From an uncultured Methanosarcinaceae archaeon (GTDB lineage: Archaea; Halobacteriota; Methanosarcinia; Methanosarcinales; Methanosarcinaceae), in contig CAWJYV010000001.1 in assembly GCA_963847185.1 (NCBI GenBank), positions 128,001-192,000 on the forward strand: a stretch of DNA of 64,000 nucleotides, written 5' to 3'. This document shows positions 32,544 to 44,481 of this stretch, piece after piece. The notes below the pieces were generated by a model that was not told the DNA's origin, searched no databases, and was given only the letters and a program-made list of their open reading frames with translations. Both the position numbers and the translations under genes were made by a program. Position 1 is the stretch's first letter. Every line of letters begins with the position of its first letter.

Positions 32544-34416
32544 TTATTTTGCTTTTTTAACTTTTGCATCTTCTTCGCTAAGCCCTGTCCAGATAACCTT
32601 ATACCCCAGCTTTTCGAGTGCAGGATAATAAAGACTTTTGTCAAGCCCAAAACTTTCAAAGACTTTCACTGCATCTGAGTATATCTTCACTGCCTCGGAT
32701 TTTTCAAGCTCTAAGTCTATTCTTTCAAGTAACTGCTTATGAATGACATAGTTTTCAAGAAGGAAATAATTCCCGGATTCCTCAGATTTTGAAAGCCTTT
32801 CTGCAACCTCTTCTTTTAAAGCATCAAGGAGGACTCCTTTCTCAGAGGCGATTTCTTCAAGGCTTACTAATTCCCCGGAAAATGAAAGTTCCGTTTCCTG
32901 AAGTGTTGATCTGTCCTCAGTATGCTTTTTTTCCTCATATTTTCGAAGTAACCTCATAATCTCATTTGCAGGGATCTTTTTGTCAAAGAAAATTACTTCC
33001 TGGGCAGGGAAATCATTTTCGGAGCATTTCAATTTTCTGTCAATCAGGAGAATAAGGGGTTCTTTTACTTCCCTAAGTTTTTTAACTTTCTTTTCAAGAT
33101 ACTCCGGAGTCCAGAAGCCCACAATTTCCAGATATACCTTCAAATTATCCCTTTGAAGAGAAAAATCCGGGACAAAAGCGAATTTTCCGGCTTTAAGAAT
33201 TGTCGGCTCTCTTTTTACTTTCCAGCTCCCTAAACTGAGCCTACCGAATGTCTGTTCAAGCGTACTGTCATAGATTTCTTCTTCTGCATCCGTTTCCTGA
33301 TTTTCGGCTTCTCCTTCTGCAAATCCTATTCGGAATCCTTCCACAATTCCCGTTTTGGCTTCTTTTCCGATTTCTTCCTTTCTGATTTTTTTGCTCTCAC
33401 CGACTTCATAACTTTCCCTTGCTTCTTCAAGCTGAAGGCCTGAAAAGAGGGATTCTGAGTATCTGATCGCTTCTGGCGAGGGTTTGAAAGCTTCTTCCGA
33501 GCTGTCAAGGGTAAATTCGAGAATACGTTTTCCCTGAAATCCTTTATGGAGGATGCCTGCCTTTAATTTCCAACCTTTTGACCTAAGCAGGGTTGGGAAA
33601 AGTTTTGCAAAGGAATTCCCATATCTTTCCGACATCCGGAAAAGAGAAGCTGGCCCGTCAAGATGGAGGTGGGCGCCTCTTAGTTCTTCGGCTTCTCCTT
33701 TTGCCTTTTTTCTCTTCAACTCCTCTTTTCCGGTTTCTTTTTTACGACCTGCTTCTTTTCCACCTGTTATTTCTTCATCTGCTCCTTTTTTGTCTGCAGG
33801 CTCTTTGCCTGCTGGTGGCTCAGTGTCTTCCAGGGAGTACATAAGTCCTGAACGAAGGATTTTCCAGAGTATTTTCTGAAAATCACCTTTTATCCATATA
33901 TCAAGGTCAACTGCCCTGAAGAGCAGGGTCTGGGTAAGGGAAATATTGTACATTTTGAGAAGCTCTGCGGGTGAAAGAGAAAGAAAACTTTTCACGACCT
34001 GATTTTCCTCAAGGTCAGCCCAGAGTGTTTTCTCAAGCTCCTGCACGGAAATTGAAAGCTTCTTTGCCGCTTTCTGCATTGCTTCCTTTTTTTTCGACAG
34101 GAGAAAGAGCCATTCCTTTGCAGGCTTCAAAGATTTCTTCCCTTGCCACTGAAGGGTCAACAGCAGCATCCGTTTCGATGACAGCCCTCCTTCCAAGGAG
34201 TTGGGAAAGGCCCCGAATGAAGCGATAATTCATCTCTTCATATCCCTCAAGTTCAGCCAGAAGAGATCCATAGGTTTTTCCTACATGCTGCTCGAAGGTT
34301 TCTATCAGGAGCCTTGCAAGTTCCAGGTTTTCAGAATCAAAGGGTGCATATTCAGGCTGTATTTTTCCTCTGGAAATGCGAGTTACGAGCAGGTCAGATG
34401 TTAGCAGCAGAGCCAC
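32544..34416 (-). pseudogene. DUF790 / Bax1-like endonuclease, frameshifted
   Basis: LTSDLL, ADLEENQ, YNISLTQTLLF, DGPASLF...YG, REP...PDF...EIVGFWTPEYL..K. One extra base in the T8 run at 34087-34094. Confidence 0.85.
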
Positions 34417-35899
34417 CTCCTGGACTTCCAGGTCTTTCTGGAGTTTCAGGATTCTCTGGACCTTTTCTTCCTTTCATTTGATTTTCATTTTCAGCTTTCC
34501 TGTCAGTTGTTCCGTCAGTTATTTCTGGTTTTTTTCGGGTTGAAACAGCCTCTTTTCTCCTTCTTGCAGTTCCGGTTTCAGTAGTTTCCTCGGATATGAT
34601 TTCATAAAGTAGAGCTTCTTTTCCTTCTTTTTTCCTGAGGATTCTGCCGAGGCGCTGGACATATTCCCTTTTACTGCCGGTACCGCTTGCTATAATCCCT
34701 ACATTTGCTTCAGGGACGTCAATGCCTTCATCGAGTACCTTTGAAGTAACCACAGCTCTGTAAGTTCCTGCCCTGAATTTTTCGAGAATGGAATTCCTTT
34801 CTTTTGCAGGCGTCCTGTAGGTAATTGCAGGGATTAGAAATTCCCTGGAGATTCGGTGGACAAGACTGTTGTGTTCCGTAAAAATAAAAGTCCTGTCTTC
34901 TTTATGGGTTTCCAGAATCTCTTTTAGCTTTTCAAGTTTTGAATCACTGTTAAAAGCAAGGTCTCTTGAAGCATTTCTTGCAAGGAGGGCTTTTCTGGCT
35001 TGAGGATCCCTTCCACTTTTCATAACCAGTTTCCGGAAGTCCTGTGGGCTTTTCATTATCATTCCGGTTTTCCTGAGATAATCAAGAAACACTGAATATT
35101 GCTTTTCATACTCTATCCGTTCCTCGTCCGTGAGTGCAGTAGCTATCCTTTTAATTCTGTAAGGGGCAAGATATCCACCTGCAAGTTCAGAAACCTGCTT
35201 TTCGTAAACCTTTCCTCCTACAAGTCTGTTAAGCTCAGAGTGAAGTTCGTCTTCCCGTTCGTAGGTGGCTGTTAGCCCAAGCCTGTAAGAGGCTGCGGAA
35301 AATTCGGCAATGCTTCTGTACCCGGCTGCAGGCAGGTGGTGAACTTCATCAAAAATAAGGAGGCCGAATCTATTCCCGAGAGTTTCGGCATGAATATAAG
35401 CAGAGTCATATGTAGAAACCGTTACCGGAAGAATTTTCTTTTCTCCTCCCCCAAGCTTTCCGATTTCCATAGAAAAGGCTTCTTCAAGCTGCTTTTTCCA
35501 CTGTTCGAGCAGGTCAAGGGTCGGGACAACCACAAGAGCAGGGGTATTGCAGCCTGCAATTGCCCTTATCCCAACAAGGGTCTTTCCACTTCCTGTCGGC
35601 AGGACGAGAACTCCCCGTTTCTCATTCTCCCCCCAGGCAATGAGAGCCTCTGCCTGGTAATCCCTGAGCTTGAGTTTCTGTCCTGAAGCTTCATATGCTG
35701 CTGCAAGATCCGGACAGGGGATGAGGTCAAGCACTTCGTCTTCAAACTGGATTTTAGAATTTTTTAAGTAGTTAACCGTATCTCTGTAATACATGGCTAG
35801 AGTTCTGAAGCTTCCACTTCTCTCGTCCCAGACTGCATTGGGAACTCTTACATTGCCCTGTATAAGCAAAGTCCCCCGCTTGAAGCTGATTTTGATCAT
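34394..35899 (-). CDS. XPB/Rad25-like SF2 DNA helicase
   Basis: LRDYQ, PTGSGKT, DEVHH, GLTAT, RED motif, LDEGIDVP, QRLGRILR; overlaps the DUF790 gene, the known archaeal XPB-Bax1 arrangement. Confidence 0.92.
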   Translation of the reverse strand: MIKISFKRGTLLIQGNVRVPNAVWDERSGSFRTLAMYYRDTVNYLKNSKIQFEDEVLDLIPCPDLAAAYEASGQKLKLRDYQAEALIAWGENEKRGVLVLPTGSGKTLVGIRAIAGCNTPALVVVPTLDLLEQWKKQLEEAFSMEIGKLGGGEKKILPVTVSTYDSAYIHAETLGNRFGLLIFDEVHHLPAAGYRSIAEFSAASYRLGLTATYEREDELHSELNRLVGGKVYEKQVSELAGGYLAPYRIKRIATALTDEERIEYEKQYSVFLDYLRKTGMIMKSPQDFRKLVMKSGRDPQARKALLARNASRDLAFNSDSKLEKLKEILETHKEDRTFIFTEHNSLVHRISREFLIPAITYRTPAKERNSILEKFRAGTYRAVVTSKVLDEGIDVPEANVGIIASGTGSKREYVQRLGRILRKKEGKEALLYEIISEETTETGTARRRKEAVSTRKKPEITDGTTDRKAENENQMKGRKGPENPETPERPGSPGGGSAANI

Positions 35900-36437
35900 T
35901 GTTTACTAAAAGTCTAGATATTATATATAATCGTTCTAGGGATCTAAAAAAATCTCATTGAGATTAGCATGTTATGTTTTATTTTTCCAAGAGCTAATTG
36001 CAATTTAACAAACTTTTCGATATGCTAAAATATTCTCTGAATATTTTTGATTAAAAAAGAAATACAAAAGAAGAAAATAAACTTTATAAAAAACTAGTTG
36101 CAAAATTTGAATCCTCGATCGAAAATTGAGGAGGACTATAGATCTATTAGAGATCTAATAGAGGAAGTGTTAATTAGCCAAAAAAGAGTGCAATATGGAG
36201 AATTACATAGGTATGCAATACATTCTGTAAAAAAGTACTGCTTATTAGTGGTATTTTTGCAGGAGAGCTATAACTTTCCTTAGTAGTGATAAAAAAGATT
36301 AAAAAGTTTGGCTGAAAGTTAAGGAAAAAAGCACCACAATAAATTAGCTTAAAAATTAAAAAATCAAAAGTTACCTGCAAAGCAGGCAACCTGTAAGTCC
36401 TATACATATTATCGTTCGCCTCTCTAGAGGCTTGCCG

Positions 36438-36593
36438 TCATAAGAAAAGCGAGATAATTGCAAGTATAACAAATATTATTATTAACCACTTTGCAATCTC
36501 CATGGAAAAGCCGGCAATCCCCCGTGCACCCAGTATATAAGCAACCAATGCTAATACCAGAAAAACTACAGCAAGTCCTACCAAATCAGGTAT
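36438..36593 (-). CDS. UPF0391 / DUF1328 small membrane protein (not in the ORF track)
   Basis: [51 protein letters not shown]; RBS GGGGGGAG 6 nt before an ATA codon, TTG three codons later. Confidence 0.8.
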   Translation of the reverse strand: MPDLVGLAVVFLVLALVAYILGARGIAGFSMEIAKWLIIIFVILAIISLFL

Positions 36594-37013
36594 TTTTTAC
36601 TCCCCCCGGTTATTATTTAATCAATATAATTATTATATTATATGTATATATAATTTGACTATCAAAGTAAGTAACTTTCTCTCAATGATTTTATTTTTTC
36701 AATTGAAATCTTCTTTTATAATAGTATTGACCGATTCAATAAAATTTTTTAATCTGTATTATTTATAGGAAAGTAGTTCTATGTTTTTTATCTATTCGAA
36801 ATATATAAGAAAAATGCAACTTAATAAAAAAAAGAATATATTAAATAAGTCTTCTTTCTCATTCGAAAAGGGGAGTACCATATCTTAAACCAGAACTAGA
36901 GTAGAAAAAGACTTGATAGAAAAAGACTAATTGAGTGTAATTCAATAACTTAAATAAAATGAAAAAAGGGTCAGATTGGTTCAGCCCTTTTCTCTCCTTT
37001 TCATTTATAAGTC

Positions 37014-37697
37014 TTACTTCAATTTTGTTCCGCATTCTCCGCAGAATCTGGTATTCAAGCTTACATTGTTCCCACAACTCGGGCATTTTGCCAGAGCTAT
37101 GGATGCCCCACAGTTGTTACAGAACTTTCCTTCTCCAGAGGGCTTACCGCATTCAGGACATACTGTTTGCCTTCTTTCGATTTCACCCTTGAAGACATTT
37201 GCGTTATCTGCCTTTTCCCTCATCTCTGCTACCATGCGTTCTGCCCTTATTGCAGTCAACTCGACATTTTCTCTTGGTGCGCACTCTACGCAGAGATTAT
37301 CCTGTTCGTTCCAGTCAGATTCACAGACATATTTTTTACATCTGGAGCACCTGTAGAAGTGCTCTTTTGCTTCATTCTGGGCAAGTTCAAAGGCCTCTTC
37401 CCATTCCTTTCGCCACTCTGGAGACATGCCCTGTTTCCGGTCGTTAAGAATATCCACACCTCTTTCGATTGCATTTCCAAGGCGGTACTGACCTAAAAGA
37501 TCAGAACCTGCAGAGAGTGTTCTTCCAACCATTCCGAAAAAGCCTGTTTTTCTGTACGTTCTTGATTCAATGAACCTTGTCTTGTATCCATCCTGGCAGA
37601 TATCACAGTAGAAAGTAAACTGAAAACCGGCTTCGGAACTGTTATCTTCGTAGTTTCTCGTAAAAGGCTGAAGTGAATGATTATTCTGGAATCCCAT
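37014..37697 (-). CDS. Zinc-ribbon domain protein (double zinc ribbon at the C-terminus)
   Basis: GFQFTFYCDIC, CSRCKKYVC...CVEC, CPECG...FCNNCG...CPSCG...FCGECG. Confidence 0.85.
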   Translation of the reverse strand: MGFQNNHSLQPFTRNYEDNSSEAGFQFTFYCDICQDGYKTRFIESRTYRKTGFFGMVGRTLSAGSDLLGQYRLGNAIERGVDILNDRKQGMSPEWRKEWEEAFELAQNEAKEHFYRCSRCKKYVCESDWNEQDNLCVECAPRENVELTAIRAERMVAEMREKADNANVFKGEIERRQTVCPECGKPSGEGKFCNNCGASIALAKCPSCGNNVSLNTRFCGECGTKLK

Positions 37698-37701
37698 TTT
37701 A

Positions 37702-38031
37702 TCACCTTAACGGCTTACCACATTTGAGACACTTCTTGTTTGTAATGGACTGTTCGGTCCTGCATTTAAGATCTGGACAGATAATGATCATTGGAATGCC
37801 ACAGCTATTGCATTTTTCTCCAATAAAAGTTTCTTTTCCACAACTAATGCATATACTCCACAGAGAAAGTCCACAATGTCCGCAAACTTTTGCCCCATCT
37901 TCAAGAGGATACCTGCATATAAGGCATCTCATAGGCCCAAGAGGATTTTCCTGTGTGCAAAAAGGACAGAAGTTGGAATCTCGCGAAATCAATTTGCCGC
38001 AGTATTTACACGGGTGTTTGTAACTGGCTAT
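37702..38031 (-). CDS. Multi zinc-ribbon protein
   Basis: Eight CxxC-type knuckles, including CKYC upstream of the track's TTG; frame extends to an ATA at 38031 behind RBS AGGGGA. Confidence 0.8.
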   Translation of the reverse strand: MASYKHPCKYCGKLISRDSNFCPFCTQENPLGPMRCLICRYPLEDGAKVCGHCGLSLWSICISCGKETFIGEKCNSCGIPMIIICPDLKCRTEQSITNKKCLKCGKPLR

Positions 38032-38428
38032 ATCTATTCCCCTTCTCTAGTTTATATTTGTCCGAAGATATCTGGACAAATATTTTACCAGTAAATATTC
38101 TATTATTGTTTTTTAATTTTCCGGTGCTAATGTATAAAGTCCAAAAATTTAAAAAAGTTTATTCTTTGAATAAATTAAAAAATATCCGGCTTTAAAAAAT
38201 ATTACTTGTCTCAAAATCAAAACTGCCTCAAAATTCTTATTCGTCTCTCTTTAATCTCAATATAAGGTTTCATTCATTTCTGTAAATTGTACTTTATATT
38301 CTATGATCTTCTTGAAATACTATTCATATATGTTAAAGATTTAAAAAAGCATAAATTATTAAGAAGTTGCAGAATTTCAGACCAAAAAAAGTGTTATAAT
38401 TTTATAAACATCATAATTTTATAAACAA

Positions 38429-39626
38429 TCATTCAATGATCTTTCTAGCCTCAATATAGTATCTTTTCTCGTTTTCCTTTCCCAGAGAAAATGACTTTCT
38501 TGGAAGGACACCCTTCTTTTTTATAAGAGAAAAAAATTCACTTTTTTTAAGGGAAGGAAGGAAGAAACCAATGTTCCCTTTCTCTTTTCCTAGTTTTTCC
38601 ACAATCCCAGGATCATGTTCATACTCAACTGAATAGTCATCAATAATCTCATCAAGAGTCTCTACTTCAAGGTCGTGTTTTGGATTCTCAAAGATCAGTA
38701 CACCGCACCTGTCTTCCGTGATAAATCCGATTGAATGACCGGTTGAAGAGCCGATATTTGATAGGTCTTCTGTTAAATTACAGGCTGGAAGTTCTATGAT
38801 CCTTGCATTGAATTTACTAAGAAGTTTCTCAGGTTCTACTTCCTTTACAACCCTGTGAATAGGCTCAAAAGTAAGGCCTGGATCATGAATGTTTACAAGT
38901 TCAACCATAGCGTACCTTGCAGGATGATTCCCAGGCACAGTTTTTTTAATCTTTTCCCAAAAACTTTTTGCTGCAGCAAGGCTATGATTTCCGTCACCAA
39001 CAAGAAGGAGCCCGAGGGCTTGAATCTTTTCCGAAATTTCTTTAATTATTTTCTCGTCACTGAGCTTATAGCCAGTGATATGGCCTCCTTCTTCCATCAG
39101 TTCAAAGTCGTAAACCTTATTGTCTACATATACAAAATCATGTATAGTTCCTGGGAATTACCTCGAATTCAGGGTCATTATATAATACCAGAATATGGGA
39201 AAGTTCTAGATCTGCGTTTTCTCTGATTCTTACTCTTGCAGGAAGCCTTTCTTTGATCGTTCCTTCAGTGGGCCGAATAAAAGAATCAGATCCGTTAAAT
39301 TCATATTCTTCGAGATCAATTGCAGCTACAAGGCCTGTTCTCTCATTGCCTGAGACAGAACGCTTTATAAGAATAAAGCTGGGGCCGTGGTCAGTAAGAA
39401 TTTTTTTGTAATTACTTATATTTTCATGGATCTTTTCTACTCTTTTTTCGTCTAAAGGAAGATAAATTTCCGGATAAATTAGGTTTAAAGCAGAAGGAGT
39501 ATTTCCAACAAATTCTTCAACCCTTTGCCAGTATTCTATATCCTGAGTGTGCTGATCGCAGGCAATTACTGCCCATTTTTCCCAATTATCCTTTGGAAGA
39601 AGAATGTGAGGGACGTGCAATATCAT
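38429..39626 (-). pseudogene. DUF1015 family protein, frameshifted
   Basis: WAVIACDQ, RPTEGTIKERLPAR, VGDGNHSLAAAK, FEPIHRV, GVLPRKSFS. One extra base at 39153-39155. Confidence 0.85.
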
Positions 39627-40205
39627 GATTTATTAAAAAAAGAAAGAGGATATAAAGATTTCTGAAAATATCTTTTTAATATCAATTCCGGAAAATTCTC
39701 TCACTCAATTATGTATGAATAAAACTTACCGAAGTGAGATGCTTGCGAGATACTTGCTGCTTCATTTGAGTAGATTATTCTGCAGCAAACGAGGAGTGGC
39801 CAGTGCAGCCTGGGTGTGTCGGATACTTGGAGACACTAAGATTATACTATTTTTGTGACTGTGAAGTCTATGTTGAAAAAACGTAGTATAAATAGCCTAG
39901 AGGCGCTGCATCCATTAACTGCATTCCCCAATACAGTTTCTTCGAAATATTATGTTCTCCAAATGTACTGTTTCGAAGATGGATCAGCGCCTTCCAGAGA
40001 TTTTTGTCAGGTGGCAGAACTCTCCATTTCACTTTCCAACTCTATATATAACATTATATCATTGATATTTTAAATTAATTCTAGCAAAAATTTTTCTCAA
40101 ATAAAAAATATTTCGGCATAAAAAATTTCAAAGCAAGAGTACGGGCCTGCATTTTATATGGAAGTACTTTTAAAAATTACTTCCTTTGCATAGCTACGGA
40201 GAGTG

Positions 40206-40310
40206 TTCACTTCGCCACATCACATCCAGCGTTCTTCCGCGCATCCCTTGTTTCCAGGAACATTGTATACTTTATCGTATCCTTTCTTTTTCAAGATTGA
40301 GCTGTATACT
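40206..40310 (-). pseudogene. Rhodanese-domain C-terminal fragment
   Basis: SSILKKKGYDKVYNVPG followed by a frameshifted ...KNAGCDVAK*; no upstream body. Confidence 0.5.
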
Positions 40311-40735
40311 GAAACGTCTGGAATTGTCATAATAAACAACTACTTGAGACGAGAAAGATCAAAATATATCTGACAGTCTCTTTATATCTGACCAAACCCC
40401 GCAAACACAGTAAAAATTATTAAAATTCCCCCTAAATAATAACAGCGTACTTCATATGTTTTGAAAAATATCATCTTTACTGGAAAAGAAGTTAAAGTTG
40501 ATAATGATACTTATTAATGTGAATATAAATATAAGTAATAAAAATATAAATACAAGGTAGATATTATACAAGATAGTATACGCGTAAAAATTCAAAAAAT
40601 CTGGTACATTTAATCCGTTTCTTGGTTCACTATCTTTCGCAATCTTGATATATTGATAGGCGCATCCATCGTGAGGCTGAACTACTAAATTTAAAAAATC
40701 ATATTAATTATTTCTTCAAAAGATTAGAGTTTTCC

Positions 40736-42997
40736 ATGAAGCATAAAAAAGAAAAACCCCAGGCTTCGGGTCAACAGAAACAAAAAAGAAACCGACAGGA
40801 GCTGAAAGGTTCTCAAAATTCGAGTAAGAAGAATCCAAAGTTCAGTGAAAAACACACAGAAGACAAATCTCGAAGCTTTAATAAAAGTTCTTTCAATAAG
40901 AGCCTTGGCGCTGAAAAAAGCTCGAATTCGGCCAGAAATACTTCCCATCGCTTCGAATATGAAGATGACCATATTTTCTGGTGCCGGAAATGCAACCTTC
41001 CCTTGATAGGAGAAGAATGCGGAAGATGCGGCAGTAAAGGAGAAATTATCCAGCTTTCCCAGCCTTCTGACGTCAGATTATGTTCCCCTTACGAGAGGGA
41101 AGTGCTTGTAAGGCAACTTTATTCAGCTTTCGGCTTCAGTCCTCTTGGAGAAAGGCTCATTCTTCTCAATAAAATTCCTGGTGAGGATAAAACTGATGAA
41201 GTAATCGTAGATGGTTTCATTTTCGGAATTCTCCGTTTTGAGCTCTCTAAAATGGATTACAACTTTGAACCTTCCCTTCATGGAGCAAAAATTCTCCTGG
41301 AATATACTGCAGGCAAGAAAGTCGGACTTAAGAAAGCAAACAGACATCTTAACGGAAAGAATATCCCTGCAGAGATTGTCGGGTCTTTTGATACCAATAT
41401 AAAGGCAGGAGATTTCGTCCTTGTGACTGCAGGCAGCCTTACGGGATATGGAGTATCCTATATTGATGGTGTGGATTTTTCAGACCTGAAAAATCTGTCT
41501 GAAAACAAAGGCCTGCCTGAAAACAAAGTTTCGACTGAAACTGAAGTCCTAATTGAAAAGGAAACCAAAAAGAAATCTGAATCTTCACTTGATGCCGGGA
41601 GAAAAGTTATCCGAATCAGAAAGGTTGACAGCAATGAGGCATCCCTTAATCCTGAAATCCCGGACATCAGGGCATGCATAGAAGCTAACAAAAAACACCT
41701 GCAGATTCTTGGCAAAAACGCAATCAACACTATTCGCGGAATTGTTTCCAGAACCGAACATAAAAACCTGCCAGTCTACGTTTCTTTTAGCGGGGGAAAA
41801 GACAGCCTTGTGGTGCTGGACCTGGCGCGGGCCTCCCTAAAACAGAGAGAACTCAAAGCTTTCTTCCTCAATACGGGAATAGAATTTCCAGAGACTGTCG
41901 AGTTTGTAAGACGTTTTTGCCGGGAGATGGAAATTTCTCTTGAAGAGGTGGATGCTGGTTCTGCTTTCTGGGAGCAAGTAGAAAAATTCGGGCCTCCTGC
42001 AAAGGATTTTCGCTGGTGCTGCAAGGTATGTAAACTGGCTTCTGCGGGAGACCTGGAAGCAGGGAAAGGAAGCTGTTCTCTCTCAAGTAAGGATACAGGT
42101 AGCATAGCTTATCTGACAATTGATGGCAAGCGAAAACATGAATCATTTTCAAGGGCAAGGATTGCTGCAAGTGAAACAAATCCCTTTGTTCCCGCCCAGC
42201 TTAATCTCTTCCCTATCAGAGACTGGAAGGCACTTGAAGTCTGGCTTTATATCTACTGGAGAGGACTTTCATATAATCCGCTCTATGATCTCGGCTTCGA
42301 AAGGGTGGGTTGCTGGCTTTGCCCGTCAGCTCTAGCTGCCGAATATGCAAGGGTAAAAGAGCTACACCCTGAGATGTATGAGAAGTGGAATACTTTCCTG
42401 TACGAATGGGCAAAATCCAGAGGCCTTCCGGAAAAATTCGTAGAACACGGGTTCTGGCGCTGGAAGGAACTGCCTCCTAAAATGCTCAGGCTGGCAGAGG
42501 AACTCGGGATTACCGTTCTTGCAAGAGAAAATACCGAAGTTTTTGAAATTACAGTGGTAAGTGGAATTTCCCCATGCAGGGCTGGAGGCTTTTCAATTGA
42601 AGCAGGAGTTCGGGGTATCAGGGAAAAAGAAGCTGCAGATTTCGTAAACGTGCTGGGAAGTACGGTTTACGCGGAAGAACTGGGCATGTTGCTGGTCAAA
42701 ACCGGAGAAGGAACTGTAAAGTTTTTTTCAAATGGCAACCTGCTTGTAAGTTCGGAAACAAAGGAAAAAGCTGTAAGCCTTTTTAAGGAAACTGCCAAGC
42801 AATTCATAAGGCTTTCCCGCTGTACAGGCTGCGGTATCTGTGTAAAGGCCTGTCCTGCAGGAGCAGCTTCTCTTAATGAAAAAAAGCCATGTGTAAGCGA
42901 AGCTTGTATCAGATGTGGGAAATGTACTGAATCCTGCGTAGTGACCAGGTATTTTAACAAACTTGTACCCGATCTGGATCAAAAATTAAAAGTTTAA
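40736..42997 (+). CDS. PAPS reductase family protein with Zn knuckle, PUA-like region and C-terminal 4Fe-4S domain
   Basis: WCRKCNLP..CGRCG, SFSGGKDS, NTGIEFPET, RWCCKVCK, RVGCWLCP, CTGCGICVKACP, CIRCGKC. Confidence 0.9.
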   Translation: MKHKKEKPQASGQQKQKRNRQELKGSQNSSKKNPKFSEKHTEDKSRSFNKSSFNKSLGAEKSSNSARNTSHRFEYEDDHIFWCRKCNLPLIGEECGRCGSKGEIIQLSQPSDVRLCSPYEREVLVRQLYSAFGFSPLGERLILLNKIPGEDKTDEVIVDGFIFGILRFELSKMDYNFEPSLHGAKILLEYTAGKKVGLKKANRHLNGKNIPAEIVGSFDTNIKAGDFVLVTAGSLTGYGVSYIDGVDFSDLKNLSENKGLPENKVSTETEVLIEKETKKKSESSLDAGRKVIRIRKVDSNEASLNPEIPDIRACIEANKKHLQILGKNAINTIRGIVSRTEHKNLPVYVSFSGGKDSLVVLDLARASLKQRELKAFFLNTGIEFPETVEFVRRFCREMEISLEEVDAGSAFWEQVEKFGPPAKDFRWCCKVCKLASAGDLEAGKGSCSLSSKDTGSIAYLTIDGKRKHESFSRARIAASETNPFVPAQLNLFPIRDWKALEVWLYIYWRGLSYNPLYDLGFERVGCWLCPSALAAEYARVKELHPEMYEKWNTFLYEWAKSRGLPEKFVEHGFWRWKELPPKMLRLAEELGITVLARENTEVFEITVVSGISPCRAGGFSIEAGVRGIREKEAADFVNVLGSTVYAEELGMLLVKTGEGTVKFFSNGNLLVSSETKEKAVSLFKETAKQFIRLSRCTGCGICVKACPAGAASLNEKKPCVSEACIRCGKCTESCVVTRYFNKLVPDLDQKLKV

Positions 42998-43024
42998 ATT
43001 TAGATTTGTGTATCTCTTTGACGA

Positions 43025-43933
43025 CTACATAATTATAGTAGATTGAATCTTTTTTTGCAAATCTTTTATTTCCTGAAACTTCTCTACTTTTTCTTCCAAA
43101 ATTGTAAACCCTACATCTTTTATAAACCCTACATCTTTTAAGTTATCAAGGGCCATTTCCGCTACAACGGAAGAATTGGCTAGAAGTTGTTCTTCGGCCT
43201 GGATTCTTAATGTTTCAAGTACCCACTGGCTCTGCAGAGCAGCTTCATTAAGTCCCCTCTTTAAGGAAAGTTTCCCTATTTCTTCTATGGAAAGCGCTGT
43301 TGAACTGAGAGCTTCATCAAGGTATTTTTCCGCAGCTAGTTTACCTATTTCCTCAAGCAAGAGAAGCGTACTGACGGTCTCAAGTTCGATTTTCTCTGCT
43401 GCTGCCTTTTTTCCAATCTCTCCCAGACCTGTTGCTACGTTAAGCACAATTTCTTCCATACCCTGCTTTGCAGCAGAAGTCCCTATTTCTTTTAAAAGTA
43501 AGGAAAAAGTAATTGTCTTTTCCTGACTCTGTCGCTGTTGGGAAAATTTCCATATTTCCATCAGGGTTGTAGCAGCAACCTTTGAGCCAGCCTCAAGCGA
43601 GTGCCTGGCTGCAACTATTCCCAGTCTTCCCATTGCAATAAAAGCTTTATTAAGAGAAGATTCATATCCCTTTTCTGCTGCTTTCTTTGCCAGTTTCCCA
43701 AGGGCTAGAGCGGAATTGATGGTAACAAGTTCCATTTCATTTTCTGTAGCTGCCTGTGCTAAATCCTCAATTGAAATAATAATTCTCTGGACATCTGCTT
43801 CTTCATTTTCAGATATGAAATCTGCTGCAATCGCTGTAAGGGAGTCCAGGGCCTGGAAAACTTTATTCTCATCTCTACTCTCAATTGCAAAATCGCCTGT
43901 TTTAACCGCTTCTGCCTCATTTAATGTAATCAT
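43025..43933 (-). CDS. Alpha-helical 23-aa-repeat hypothetical protein, paralog 1
   Basis: Recurrent L(G/E/K)EIGK.AA units spaced ~23 aa apart. Confidence 0.75.
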   Translation of the reverse strand: MITLNEAEAVKTGDFAIESRDENKVFQALDSLTAIAADFISENEEADVQRIIISIEDLAQAATENEMELVTINSALALGKLAKKAAEKGYESSLNKAFIAMGRLGIVAARHSLEAGSKVAATTLMEIWKFSQQRQSQEKTITFSLLLKEIGTSAAKQGMEEIVLNVATGLGEIGKKAAAEKIELETVSTLLLLEEIGKLAAEKYLDEALSSTALSIEEIGKLSLKRGLNEAALQSQWVLETLRIQAEEQLLANSSVVAEMALDNLKDVGFIKDVGFTILEEKVEKFQEIKDLQKKIQSTIIM

Positions 43934-44190
43934 TCTTTTTGCCCCTCTTTCATTAGTCTTAGTAACAAATTGAGTTCAAGTCCCTTTTCGTCGCATTTTG
44001 AAAGTATGTCTATACTTATTATTCACACACTGTCAATTTCAAATTATTATTATGCTGTATGTTATTTGGATATCTATGAGGTTAAGACATTATTAGTGTT
44101 ACTGTTTATCTTATCCGATATTATATATTTAAGAGAAGTTGGTGCCATTAAACGATTTGTTATTATTGACAGAAAAAAAATGGTAAAATC

Positions 44191-44320
44191 GGCTCTGTAG
44201 GAATCCTCTGAGATGAGAAGTATCCAAGTCTCCATTAATTTGAACTGAATAGAATGATCTCTTTTTGCTGATTAGTTTTCAGCTCATTGCAACTGATTTG
44301 GATAGTTTTTCTACAGAGCC
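44191..44320. mobile_element. 130-bp MITE-like element with GGCTCTGT termini
   Basis: TIRs GGCTCTGTAGGAA / TTTCTACAGAGCC (12/13 match). Confidence 0.65.
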
Positions 44321-44481
44321 ATAATAAGGGAATTTTTAACATGTTTTTATGGTTGTGGAATATATACCATGTCTCAAAAAGTAGTAGGAAGAAGCTCCTT
44401 GTGTGTGTGGAGCAGGAACTGTACGCTCAGGGGAAAGATGGTACAGTTATATGATTGATGATACATGCGAGAATTAAAATT

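Noticed and set aside
32544-35899. XPB plus DUF790 as a novel defence system
   Set aside because: Matches the established archaeal XPB-Bax1 helicase-nuclease pair
39855-40073. Possible IS66-like transposase C-terminal remnant (KKRSINSLEAL)
   Set aside because: Similarity is too weak to support by eye; no TIR found
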